A stretch of DNA of 64,000 bases from positions 50,128-114,127 of the forward strand of contig JAGAKZ010000002.1 of assembly GCA_017848115.1 (NCBI GenBank), in the 5' to 3' direction. How positions within the stretch are numbered: position 1 is the stretch's first letter; each line of letters starts with the position of its first letter. Shown in pieces: positions 42,201-51,461 of the stretch. Position numbers and translations under genes: made by a program. The stretch is from Oscillospiraceae bacterium (GTDB taxonomy: Bacteria > Bacillota > Clostridia > Oscillospirales > Ruminococcaceae). A model generated the notes under the pieces. That model was not told the DNA's origin. It saw nothing but the letters and a program-made list of their open reading frames with translations, and ran no database searches.

Positions 42201-44099
42201 GATGATCCTGAAACTGAAGAAGATGAAACATTTATTATTCCTGAAGATAAACTTATTTCAAATGCTATTCCTAAAACAAGATTTTATGTAAATAACAAAC
42301 TTGTAGTTGTTGATTATTCTGATGAAGCTATGAAACCGCTTACTCAGATAGTAGTACAGCAACCACCTCAGGATAAAATATATGATTATCCCAATAAATG
42401 GACAGACGAAATAGCAGACAGGCAATACAGACTGTATGATTTCAGAAATAAAGATAATGCAGAACTTGAAGAAATGAAAAACATTTTTGCAGGATTTATA
42501 GATGATTCTACGATCGTAGGATATATGAGATCTGCTTATAATAAAGCTGTATTACCTGACAGTGACGGAACACCGGCGGAATTTACATATGACAAGATAG
42601 CGGATCTGCCCGAAGATCAGAGATATAAGATTTTAAGGGAAACGATTCACTATACTACAGATACTTCACCGGGGGGATATACTTCATTTTATACAGATCA
42701 GTCACGCGATCACATTGATTTTGATTCTCTGAATAATAATACAGGAAACCTCAACCGTCCTACATTTGCAATTGCATTTGATGATGAAGAGATATCAGGA
42801 GATAATCTTACAGGAGTAACCGGTTCGCTTTATTATAATTTCCGATTTTCACTTGCATGGATGGGTAAACGACAGCTTGTACTCATTCATTCTGAAGATG
42901 AAGAAAACTATTACGGTATAGCTGTAGGATATTCAAACAGAAATGCAGGGCTTTTTACAATGCCGTGTACAGTGAAGAAGGATTATATCAGCGAATCAGG
43001 AAAATTCGGTGATTCAAATCATCAGACCGGAGTTGGTACAGGACAAAGGTCATCACATAGTTTGTATGATCCGTTTTCACAAATAAAATCTCCTGTAAGC
43101 GGAAGTTATTTGTTTGACGTATTTGGAGATTATACAGAGTCGCCTATGTTTAATCGTGATCTTAAACTTATAGAATCATTTATATTCGGAATTGATTTTA
43201 AGATGGAATATGATGAAGGGTATGATACTGTTACGATTTCAGCAGATATAGATTTCAGCAATATGGGAGAAGACAGTGGTGGCTATATTTCTTCTGATAC
43301 AAATGAAACTGTTGAATATGTCCCGCCTTTGAAAGCAACTACAAGAAAAGTAGTATTTGGCACATATCCTCTCAATGGAAACAAAAAAGTTTTTGGTATC
43401 TGGGGAGGAGATCAGACATGGGTAGAGAGCCTGCAGTTTGAATATATCAGTCAGAAAGAATCAGATTGTAAACATGACAACTTTACTGCAGAAATAACAC
43501 GTAAGGGAACTTGCACTACAAATTCAACCATCAGATATTCATGCGTAAAGTGTGATTATGAATATGAAGAAGTTCTTTTTGCTTCAGGTCATCGTTTTGA
43601 ATATATTTCAGATGGTAGTGAAAATGTTGTACGTAAATGTAGTGTATGTGGTTTTGGATATAATGTTTCTTCAGCGGATATCAAAGTATGTGAGCACGTT
43701 TATGAAAGTAAAGTTATAAATGAACTCACCTGTTATTCGGACGGCATTGATCTGTATACATGTACCAAATGTGATGATTCATATACTGAGATCACTGCAA
43801 CTCAGGGACATGATTATATCGAAAATATTGTAAAACCGTCAGGAGAAAATCCCGGCTATACGGAACATACATGTACAAAATGCGGAGATTATTATGCGGA
43901 CAATTATTATGAAGATGAAATAATATATGGCGATGTTGATAATAATGGTGTAGCAAATGCAAAAGATCTGCTTTTGATGAAAATGTATCTGTTGCTTGGC
44001 TGTACCAAAGAAGATGTGCCAAATGGTGATCTCGACAATGATGGAAAAATCACAGTGATTGATCTTGTAAAACTTCTTTCGATTCTTTTGTATAAATAA
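39216..44099 (+). CDS. large secreted dockerin protein with two beta-helix-like modules and Cys/His repeats
   Basis: Signal peptide MRKK...VQA; two pectate_lyase_3-like leads (VFVEPGVYYF, LYIESGTFYT); CxxC repeats; C-terminal dockerin YGDVDNNG..GDLDNDG. Confidence 0.75.
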   Translation: MRKKMLSVLSVGLSLALLVNLTPDIPLSVQAEQSGEEYHGSFPVDYDPNEGYIQYGHTGNVGMMPENDVNNIYDKDDNVVYFPSDAIKLKDENGQLLFPDYDSEDAYYDYSDMFNKTLELARDSDNADVFVEPGVYYFTESVYLWGYTNINGVAGETAFVIKPNFQDKDGNEVDKNGFFTNADLSSTYSWYFAGVSDIAFAVEGTHSAFTPENTAQNIISNLCTDGIQAVDNFSLFYRVRIKYGSINNIGATGFDSFLRWSYVDMLTRIKNVTIGPTKFVYNGVETNDAFFYDNYYYGGYYTDSDGLSQLPVFQITFSMGTTMFTNSYIGNYYFSRNGASTWCPHTSYSNLTLEHVYNFVMDTTVDSSSSVSGCLFKDCAYNDIADYFESQGIPAFDYWDRVWSDEQKKFIYNSKGYIIRDSITGNKYDSANHAHDQYITLINLHSGVSFTQNKIECDSLDWTTLVRLTDSVWASTYDKKRNAENITFADNAFKINNWVKEELLIDDWKQGKPLSDGWYDNTVIEWGERGWNNSDGTPAMGWVGVDGGVPICWMDDYIYVSPYFGRYIDLTAFKSPDVPTAGYSRLGSVGADEQSLCDMGMEEQYYKDINFAEIEKVYFEKDFGGSSWNTSCNHNKLQEAFDYVATHDAILYIESGTFYTNKPIVLRGNSTYRVFFEGTIRSHKTSDIKDAGIFVMSADDNEPINGYFIGTDLYLQDCQTSAFYNVNTDNFYFKIGSIQRGVGCFTNCNLKNTIITEGQIQYCDYGFFYKTVTENTLVKYVYGTGSTWVETDDGISPGDINYRYFISDSDFANSTWRGCWLEFGQFSNGKTLTGKGNSVYRGNLIDYTYNYSFGKNDVFCGNTLTRAGYGSITNHMLNSNFPIDLPDILTDKPMIMFHVSDGLRLIGNMDIGTMNDQTHFIEFDSPSISYSDSDGNMVKSISDARILANGVTTAYYGEYKVNKPYIPFGKSDSIVFENCRNNVIDLTSFYEFDQKDDPETEEDETFIIPEDKLISNAIPKTRFYVNNKLVVVDYSDEAMKPLTQIVVQQPPQDKIYDYPNKWTDEIADRQYRLYDFRNKDNAELEEMKNIFAGFIDDSTIVGYMRSAYNKAVLPDSDGTPAEFTYDKIADLPEDQRYKILRETIHYTTDTSPGGYTSFYTDQSRDHIDFDSLNNNTGNLNRPTFAIAFDDEEISGDNLTGVTGSLYYNFRFSLAWMGKRQLVLIHSEDEENYYGIAVGYSNRNAGLFTMPCTVKKDYISESGKFGDSNHQTGVGTGQRSSHSLYDPFSQIKSPVSGSYLFDVFGDYTESPMFNRDLKLIESFIFGIDFKMEYDEGYDTVTISADIDFSNMGEDSGGYISSDTNETVEYVPPLKATTRKVVFGTYPLNGNKKVFGIWGGDQTWVESLQFEYISQKESDCKHDNFTAEITRKGTCTTNSTIRYSCVKCDYEYEEVLFASGHRFEYISDGSENVVRKCSVCGFGYNVSSADIKVCEHVYESKVINELTCYSDGIDLYTCTKCDDSYTEITATQGHDYIENIVKPSGENPGYTEHTCTKCGDYYADNYYEDEIIYGDVDNNGVANAKDLLLMKMYLLLGCTKEDVPNGDLDNDGKITVIDLVKLLSILLYK

Positions 44100-44110
44100 A
44101 CCTGAATATT

Positions 44111-44142
44111 ATACCCCATCTCGTTTTTGTGTGATGGGGTAT
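44111..44142 (+). terminator. hairpin after the large gene
   Basis: ATACCCCATC...GATGGGGTAT; weak T tract. Confidence 0.45.
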
Positions 44143-44210
44143 ATAAATAATAAATTACAATTATGTTTCAGATGAAAGTTAGTGAATTTTTAATAATTTG
44201 TTGAATTTGA

Positions 44211-44240
44211 TTGACAATGTGAGTAGGTTTTTGATATAAT
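44211..44240 (+). promoter_or_regulatory. sigmaA promoter
   Basis: TTGACA-N18-TATAAT with TGn. Confidence 0.7.
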
Positions 44241-44294
44241 TATAGTATCAGTACGGAAGAAAATCCGGAAAAATTTGTTTTTAGGAGTTTTATT

Positions 44295-46547
44295 TTGAAA
44301 AATAATAACAGAATGTTTGTTTTAGAAATGGCATATATTGTATTGTCGATTGTTCTATTGGTTTTGTCAGTTTTTTATAAGAGTGCAACTTTTTACATTC
44401 TTGCAGTGTATGTTATCACGACTATTTTGATTATTGTTGCAAATAAAATAAGCAAAAAATTGTCGGATCAACAGGCTTCAGAGCAGAGTAAGATGCGAAT
44501 AATGAAACTGATGAATGTTGTGAACGCGTACATCGTTGTCTGGACAGAGGATAGGTCAACGATAATTCTTAATAATAAACTTCAGGGTGTTTTGGGCGAC
44601 ATTCCTAGTAAATATTCCAGAAGAGAACTTATTGATATTCTGTTTCCTCAGAGTTTTATGACGCAAACAAAATCTGAGATGATGCTTTCAGGTGATAAGG
44701 AACTTCCTTTGAAGCTCGGTGAAAATATCATATACGTGTCATGGACAAGTTCGACATTGATTATGGGAGCCGATGGCAAGTACATACTTTCTATCGGGTT
44801 TGATGTAACTGAAAACAAAATGATAAGACAACAGCTCAATGTTACAAATAATCTTCTTGCAGCGTCTGAGCGTCATTATTCACTGGCAATGGGTCTTTCA
44901 GAAATAGGTATTATTCTTAATGAACATTGTGATGACACATTTCACATATCAAAAGAGCTTCAGGATATGCTTGGACTGAGAGAAGAACATATTCGTATAG
45001 AAGATTTTATTTCTCTTATTCATGAGGATGAAAGACTACCTTTTGAAACATACCTTAAGGCTGCCCAGAGTAATAATACAGCATTTTTGCATACAAATAA
45101 CATGAATATGCGTATAATGTCAGCAGGAGGAGAATACAAGTGGTATTCGTTCCGATACAGAAATGTTCAGACAGGACAATTTGGAATGCCTATTATCGGT
45201 GGTGCGATTATCGATATAACCAAAGATCGTGAAAAGGATATGCTCATAGAGCGTATGGCTTATATTGACGAGATCACAGGTATAAACAACAGAAATAAGC
45301 TTATGATTAATGGTCAGGAGATGTACGAATGTTGTAAGATACTAGAACTTTCATATTGGGTTTTTGTTTTTGATATTGACCGCTTCCACATAATAAACGA
45401 CACTTGCGGGTATGAAGCCGGAAATCAGATGCTTAAAAAATTTGCGGATATACTCAACTATCAGAAAAGAAACAGCGGTTTTGCAGCACGAATCGGCGGA
45501 GATAGTTTTGTTCTTATTGTACAGGATTATGGTGATCAGCAGTATCCTAACATCATAATCCAGCAGATACAGAACGAAATATCATGTATGGAAAACGATC
45601 ATATTTTTAATAAGCAGTCATTGTCGTGTTCAGTTGGTTACAGCAGAATGCCGGATGATGGTCCTGATTTTCTTACAGTATTTGAACGTGCTGAATTTGC
45701 TCTTACTATGGGTGAAAAAAGAAGAGCAGTTATACGTTACGATTCTACTGTTCATGATTCAATAATTACCGGTTCAGCTCTTGAAAAGTCACTTGCAGAT
45801 GCAATAGAAGCCGGCGAACTTGAACTTTATTATCAGCCTAAGATATCGTTTAAAACTAAAAAGATAATGGGTGTAGAAGCTCTTATAAGATGGATAAAAC
45901 CAGGCGGTGAAGTAATCTCTCCTGAAAAGTTTGTTCCGATCGCTGAAAATTCACATCTCATCACTAAGATAGGTGAATATGTAATGCATGAGGCGTGCAG
46001 ACAAAACAAGGAATGGCAGGATATGGGGCTTCCTAAGATAGTTATGTCGATAAATCTTACTTCTGAGGACTTTTATCAGAAAAATGTTAGACAATACATA
46101 AGTAAAATACTTGAAAAGACAGGACTTGACCCAGAATGGCTTGAAATTGAACTTACAGAGTCTCTTGCAATGAAGGATATAGAATTTGCTGTTCAGCAGA
46201 TGCAGGAACTTCGTGATATGGGATTGAAACTTGCTATGGACGATTTCGGAACAGGTTATTCATCTTTGAGTTATATTCAAAAAATGCCTATAAGCCTTCT
46301 TAAACTTGACAGATCATTTATTATGTTTCTTGAAGACGATCTTGTTGCACAGGAAATTGTTTCTGCTGTAATAAAGATAGCAAAATCGAAAAAAATAGAA
46401 ACAATAGCAGAGGGCACAGAAACAATCGGTCAGGTAGAAATACTTGAAAGATTTGGTTGTGATTATGCACAGGGATTTTTATTTGGTAAACCTATGAGAG
46501 CAAGTGAACTTACTGAATATCTGAAAAACAGCAGGGAACTTGTATAA
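44295..46547 (+). CDS. membrane PAS/GGDEF/EAL protein, probable c-di-GMP phosphodiesterase
   Basis: Degenerate GGDSF; intact EAL, DDFGTGYSS and EGTE. Confidence 0.9.
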   Translation: MKNNNRMFVLEMAYIVLSIVLLVLSVFYKSATFYILAVYVITTILIIVANKISKKLSDQQASEQSKMRIMKLMNVVNAYIVVWTEDRSTIILNNKLQGVLGDIPSKYSRRELIDILFPQSFMTQTKSEMMLSGDKELPLKLGENIIYVSWTSSTLIMGADGKYILSIGFDVTENKMIRQQLNVTNNLLAASERHYSLAMGLSEIGIILNEHCDDTFHISKELQDMLGLREEHIRIEDFISLIHEDERLPFETYLKAAQSNNTAFLHTNNMNMRIMSAGGEYKWYSFRYRNVQTGQFGMPIIGGAIIDITKDREKDMLIERMAYIDEITGINNRNKLMINGQEMYECCKILELSYWVFVFDIDRFHIINDTCGYEAGNQMLKKFADILNYQKRNSGFAARIGGDSFVLIVQDYGDQQYPNIIIQQIQNEISCMENDHIFNKQSLSCSVGYSRMPDDGPDFLTVFERAEFALTMGEKRRAVIRYDSTVHDSIITGSALEKSLADAIEAGELELYYQPKISFKTKKIMGVEALIRWIKPGGEVISPEKFVPIAENSHLITKIGEYVMHEACRQNKEWQDMGLPKIVMSINLTSEDFYQKNVRQYISKILEKTGLDPEWLEIELTESLAMKDIEFAVQQMQELRDMGLKLAMDDFGTGYSSLSYIQKMPISLLKLDRSFIMFLEDDLVAQEIVSAVIKIAKSKKIETIAEGTETIGQVEILERFGCDYAQGFLFGKPMRASELTEYLKNSRELV

Positions 46548-46585
46548 ATTAATTAAAATAGCCGTATTTCGGCAGAATGGGGTGT

Positions 46586-47674
46586 ATGAAAATGAAAAAA
46601 CGTATAGGAATTCTTACTAGCGGAGGAGATTGTCCGGGACTTAATGCGACCATAAGAGGTGTCGCTAAAGCGTGTTTTGAGATGCTTGGTGAAGATAATG
46701 TCCAGATAGTTGGTATACAGAATGGGTATTACGGGCTTATCAATAACCTTGCAGAAGATATGGAACCATCTGATTTTTCGGGTATTCTTACGCAGGGCGG
46801 AACTATTCTCGGAACGAAAAGACAGCCTTTTAAGATGATGACGGTTATAGGTGAAGATAATGTTGATAAGGTAAAGAACATGAAGGAAACCTATAAAAAA
46901 CAAAAGCTTGACTGCCTTCTTACTCTAGGTGGAAACGGTACTCATAAAACTTCAAAACTTTTAGCGGATGAAGGGCTTAATGTAATCGGACTTCCAAAGA
47001 CTATTGATAATGATATATACGGGACAGATGTGACGTTTGGTTTTCATACTGCAGTTGATATTGCTACTGATGCGATAGACAGACTTCATACAACAGCAGC
47101 GAGTCATTCAAGAATTCTTATCTGTGAGATAATGGGGAATAAAGCAGGCTGGCTTACAGTCAATGCAGGAATAGCCGGTGGTGCAGATGTTATATTGATT
47201 CCTGAAATACCGTACGATATTAACAAAGTTACAGAAGCAATAGTAAAACGTACAGAATCCGGAAAAGGTTTTTCTATAATAGCGGTTGCAGAAGGTGCAT
47301 TTGACATCGAGGAAGCAAAACTCAAAAAGAAAGAACGTGCAAAGAAAAGATCTGACGCAGGTGAGGTTACTGCAACAAACAGAATAGCATCTCAGATTCA
47401 GGCAGCAACAGGAATAGATACAAGAGTATGTGTTCCCGGTCATATGCTCAGAGGCGGTTCACCGTCAGCATATGACAGAATACTTGCAACTAAGTTCGGC
47501 GTTTATGCCGCAACTCTTATCAAGGAAGAGCGATACGGCAGAACAGTTGCAATGGTAAACTCAAAAATAACATCAAATAAGCTTGAGGATATAGCAGGAC
47601 TTACTAAGTTTGTAGATCCTGAGGGTCAGATAGTAACAACTGCAAAAAATCTCGGAGTGTCATTTGGTGACTGA
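46586..47674 (+). CDS. pfkA: 6-phosphofructokinase
   Basis: TSGGDCPGLN, GGTILGT, GGNGT, PKTIDND, EIMG. Exact start (46586 or 46592) uncertain. Confidence 0.93.
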   Translation: MKMKKRIGILTSGGDCPGLNATIRGVAKACFEMLGEDNVQIVGIQNGYYGLINNLAEDMEPSDFSGILTQGGTILGTKRQPFKMMTVIGEDNVDKVKNMKETYKKQKLDCLLTLGGNGTHKTSKLLADEGLNVIGLPKTIDNDIYGTDVTFGFHTAVDIATDAIDRLHTTAASHSRILICEIMGNKAGWLTVNAGIAGGADVILIPEIPYDINKVTEAIVKRTESGKGFSIIAVAEGAFDIEEAKLKKKERAKKRSDAGEVTATNRIASQIQAATGIDTRVCVPGHMLRGGSPSAYDRILATKFGVYAATLIKEERYGRTVAMVNSKITSNKLEDIAGLTKFVDPEGQIVTTAKNLGVSFGD

Positions 47675-47743
47675 TAATTTTATAAACAATTCGGAGTGGA
47701 TTTATTCACTCCGAAAAATTTTAAAAAGGAATGGTGGAAAAAA

Positions 47744-48535
47744 ATGAGATATGACGTTATTGGTACAAGAGAGAACATGAAGGTAATTGATTCAAGTAAA
47801 AATGATCAGATACAGATAGATGTTGTCGAATATCAGAAACTTATAGGTGGTACAACATATTCTCATGCTCATAAGTTAGAATACCTTCAGAAACAGAATA
47901 TTCGTCCCAGACAGGTCGTTATTTACATAAATGACAGTTCTGTAAAGGTAGAACCGGGTGCAATGAGTTATTTTCAGGGAAATCTCGAAATGGTATCGGG
48001 TGTAACCCCCGGAAAGCTTTTTAGCAGAGCGCTTACAGGTATGCTTACAGGCGAAGGTACCGCTCAGCCGGAGTACAGGGGTTCAGGAATGCTTGTTCTC
48101 GAACCGACATACAATCACAGCTATGTTCTTGAACTTCAGGCAGGTGAAGAGATAATAGTTGACAAAGGAATGTTTCAGTGTGCACAGGGAAGTGTAACCG
48201 TAAAAGCTGTTGCTCAGAAAAATATTTCTTCTGCTGCACTTGGCGGAGAAGGAATTTTCCAGATGTCTATAACAGGTCCGGGACTTGTTGTTCTCGAAGC
48301 AAGTGTTCCGATGGCAGAAATAGATATAATTGATCTTGAAAATGATGTGCTCAAAGTAGACGGAAACTTTGCGATACTCAGAACTGCAGGAATAGATTTT
48401 ACTGTTGAACGTTCGGCTAAAACTCTTGTAGGTTCTGCTGCGAGCGGAGAAGGTCTTGTTAATGTTTACAGAGGAACAGGTCAGGTATGGCTTGCACCTA
48501 CAATGCAGATCTATAATCATTTATTTACACTTTAA
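47744..48535 (+). CDS. AIM24-family protein
   Basis: EPGAMSY, GGEGIFQ, SGEGLVNVYRGTGQVWLAPT. Confidence 0.85.
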   Translation: MRYDVIGTRENMKVIDSSKNDQIQIDVVEYQKLIGGTTYSHAHKLEYLQKQNIRPRQVVIYINDSSVKVEPGAMSYFQGNLEMVSGVTPGKLFSRALTGMLTGEGTAQPEYRGSGMLVLEPTYNHSYVLELQAGEEIIVDKGMFQCAQGSVTVKAVAQKNISSAALGGEGIFQMSITGPGLVVLEASVPMAEIDIIDLENDVLKVDGNFAILRTAGIDFTVERSAKTLVGSAASGEGLVNVYRGTGQVWLAPTMQIYNHLFTL

Positions 48536-48613
48536 AAAAATACTGTTTCTTTTGCATATGTTTTATTTCCCCGGAATATTATTTATAAAAAGTATTTTTC
48601 AGGGGAGCAAAAG

Positions 48614-49171
48614 ATGGGTTTTCTTACGATTTTTTTTATTGGATCAGGTCTTGCGATGGACGCATTTGCAGCATCAGTGTGCAGAGGAATGTCAATGAGA
48701 AGGCTGAAAATGTGCCCGATAGCTGTAACTGCACTGTTTTTTGGCGGATTTCAGGCACTGATGCCGTTGCTTGGCTGGTGTCTGGGAGTACATTTTGAAA
48801 AGTACATAACAAGTATTGATCACTGGATAGCGTTCTGCCTTCTTGCATTTTTAGGAGTTAAGATGATATCCGATATTGGAAGCGAAAGTGAAGAAACAAG
48901 TATTACTGAACGTATATCTTTGAAAGAACTTATAATATTGTCAGTGGCAACAAGTATTGATGCACTTGCTGTTGGTGTATCATTTGCATTTCTTGATACT
49001 GATATAATTATGGCATCATTGGTTATAGGTGTTATTACATTTGTATTGTCATTTGCAGGAGTCTGTATCGGATTGATAATAGGAGGAAAGTGTTGCAAAT
49101 TTGCTCAGATAGCCGGTGGTGCTATACTTATCCTTATGGGGATAAAAATATTATTTGAACATATATGGTAA
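48614..49171 (+). CDS. mntP: manganese efflux pump MntP family
   Basis: LAMDAFA, FQALMP, DHWIAF, ATSIDALAVG. Confidence 0.88.
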   Translation: MGFLTIFFIGSGLAMDAFAASVCRGMSMRRLKMCPIAVTALFFGGFQALMPLLGWCLGVHFEKYITSIDHWIAFCLLAFLGVKMISDIGSESEETSITERISLKELIILSVATSIDALAVGVSFAFLDTDIIMASLVIGVITFVLSFAGVCIGLIIGGKCCKFAQIAGGAILILMGIKILFEHIW

Positions 49172-49225
49172 TTACAGCGGACGACTAAATTGTTTTTTTA
49201 TTTATTTGATTTAGGGGTGGAAGTT

Positions 49226-51379
49226 ATGAAAAAGCGGTTATTAAGTTTTATGCTTGCATTGGGCATGGTAATCGGTATAATGCCGGTCAATGTAATTGCT
49301 GAAGACATCGGTTCGGGAAGTTCCCAAACGGAAAGTCATGGTGAGTTTATTGACGGCAAACAGGTTATCAGTGATATGATTGAAAAAAACGGAATGTATG
49401 CTCATCCACGTATCATCATGTCAAAAGATAGATTTGAAAAGTTGAAAACAAGTATCAATGATGATTCAGTGACAGCGATTCTTCTTGAAAAACTTCGCAA
49501 TGAAGCAGACAGACTGCTTGATGTGCCTGTATCGCAATATGAGATCCCTGACGGTATACGTCTTCTCGAAACTTCAAAAAGAATACAGCGTCGTGTTGCG
49601 ACACTTGCTATGGCTTACAATATTTTCGATGACGAAAAGTATGCTAAGCGATGTTATACAGAACTTGAAGCAGCGTGTAATTTCAAGGATTGGAATCCAA
49701 GGCATTTTCTTGATACTGCAGAAATGAGTACAGCTTTTGCACTCGGTTATGACTGGCTCTATAACTGGATGACCGATGAACAAAGGACGTTTATCAGAAA
49801 TAATCTGATCGAAAAAGGACTTATGCAAGTCATGGATGATTATGAGGACAAGCCACGAACCCGTACATACCGCTGGTATCAGGATTATCCGGGAGATAAC
49901 TGGAAACTTGTCTGCAACGGAAGTATGAGCATGGCGGCACTCGCTGTAGGAGATGAAGCTGATGCGAGAAACATAGCTTCTGAGGTGCTGACTTATGCTT
50001 ACAAGGAGTCGTATTCTTTCGTGCGTCGTGCCTACAGCGAAAAAGACGGAACATACAGTGAGGGGCTTGGATATTGGGATTATGCTACATATTATCTTGG
50101 TTTGTATTCTTCTTCTTTGACAAGTGCTACAGGAACAGACTATGGTCTTGCTGATTTTGAAGGACTTCGTAAATCTGTTGACTTTGTACGCTATATGAGT
50201 TCAAATACTCCAAAATCTTTTAGCTTTGGTGACGATGGTGACAGCCGTGATACAGGTTGGGCAGTTCTTTTGTGGTTGGGTGATTATTTTAATTCTAATG
50301 ATATATCAGCCGTTCGTCTTAAAAAAATAAAAAATGACAGTTTCAATTATCTTGATCTTTTGTGGATCGATGAAGATAAAAAATCTGATTTATCAAAAGA
50401 AAGTCCTACCGACTGGGGAGAGATCGGAGCATCAAATGCCAGTTTCAGAAATACATGGGATGAAAGCGGAATTGTGGCTGCACTTCATGCCGGTACAAAT
50501 AACTATAAGTATCACGGTCATTATGATTTAGGAACTTTCTACATCGAGTCAAACGGTGCAAGATTCTTTACTGATCTGGGAAATGAGCAGTATGAACTTC
50601 CAAATCGTCAATATTCCTACCGAATAAGAGCAGAAGGTCACAATACACTTGTAATAAATCCATCAGAAAAGCTTGATCAGCAAGAAGGTGCTGAATGCCT
50701 TATAAGCAATTTTAGTGCAGGAAATGAAGCCTACGCTGTAGTAGATCTGACTGATGCATATGAGCCGAGCGGTGCAAAAAGTGTTGTTCGTGGTCTGAAA
50801 ATGATAAAGGACAAGGAATGTGTTGTCATTCAGGATGAAATTTCTCTTAATGCTCCCGGTGAGATATACTGGTTTGCTCATACAAAGGGAAAAATCGAGG
50901 TTGCTGATGACGGCAGAAGTGCTGTTGTTACTGTAGGTTCAGATAAAATGTGGGTAGAAATTATCAGCGATGACGGCAAATTTACTGTGATGAACGCTGA
51001 ATCTCTTCCGACATCTCCGGTCGTACCAAATCAGACAGACAACAGCAGTTACAGAAAACTTGCTATCCATCTGACAAATACCAGAGATACAACAATTTCT
51101 GTAGCTTGCATTCCGCTAAAACAAGGAGAGATACAACCTTCATGGATTCCGTCTCTAAAAGCAATGTCTGAATGGACACCTCAAACTACAGAGGGTGATG
51201 TAAACTCAGATGGAAAGTTCGATATTGTTGATTTAGTTTATCTTCAAAAATGGTTATTATCGGTTCCGGATACTGAATTGAAAAATCAGAAAGTAGCTGA
51301 TATTCACAATGATGATAAACTTGATGTGATTGACTTCATACTTATGAAGCAGTTATTGATAAAAGAGTTATCAATGTAA
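49226..51379 (+). CDS. heparinase II/III-like polysaccharide lyase with C-terminal dockerin
   Basis: Signal peptide; HPRI, HFLDTAEM, EGLGYWDY, HGHYDLGTF, GHNTLVIN; GDVNSDGKFDIVD..ADIHNDDKLDVID. Confidence 0.82.
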   Translation: MKKRLLSFMLALGMVIGIMPVNVIAEDIGSGSSQTESHGEFIDGKQVISDMIEKNGMYAHPRIIMSKDRFEKLKTSINDDSVTAILLEKLRNEADRLLDVPVSQYEIPDGIRLLETSKRIQRRVATLAMAYNIFDDEKYAKRCYTELEAACNFKDWNPRHFLDTAEMSTAFALGYDWLYNWMTDEQRTFIRNNLIEKGLMQVMDDYEDKPRTRTYRWYQDYPGDNWKLVCNGSMSMAALAVGDEADARNIASEVLTYAYKESYSFVRRAYSEKDGTYSEGLGYWDYATYYLGLYSSSLTSATGTDYGLADFEGLRKSVDFVRYMSSNTPKSFSFGDDGDSRDTGWAVLLWLGDYFNSNDISAVRLKKIKNDSFNYLDLLWIDEDKKSDLSKESPTDWGEIGASNASFRNTWDESGIVAALHAGTNNYKYHGHYDLGTFYIESNGARFFTDLGNEQYELPNRQYSYRIRAEGHNTLVINPSEKLDQQEGAECLISNFSAGNEAYAVVDLTDAYEPSGAKSVVRGLKMIKDKECVVIQDEISLNAPGEIYWFAHTKGKIEVADDGRSAVVTVGSDKMWVEIISDDGKFTVMNAESLPTSPVVPNQTDNSSYRKLAIHLTNTRDTTISVACIPLKQGEIQPSWIPSLKAMSEWTPQTTEGDVNSDGKFDIVDLVYLQKWLLSVPDTELKNQKVADIHNDDKLDVIDFILMKQLLIKELSM

Positions 51380-51417
51380 CTGCGGTTGCTTTTGACGAAT
51401 TAGAATAATGATAGAAA

Positions 51418-51447
51418 AAACACGCTCAACAAGTGCTGAGCGTGTTT
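51418..51447. terminator. bidirectional terminator
   Basis: AAACACGCTCA...TGAGCGTGTTT between convergent genes. Confidence 0.7.
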
Positions 51448-51461
51448 AATTATTATTGTTA

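Noticed and set aside
44178-44190. GTTAGTGAA motif shared with the GH43 leader (about 56630)
   Set aside because: Only two short AT-rich instances at different positions relative to their promoters.
48536-48613. yybP-ykoY Mn riboswitch upstream of mntP
   Set aside because: The gap is too short and AT-rich; the only GGGGAG is the RBS.
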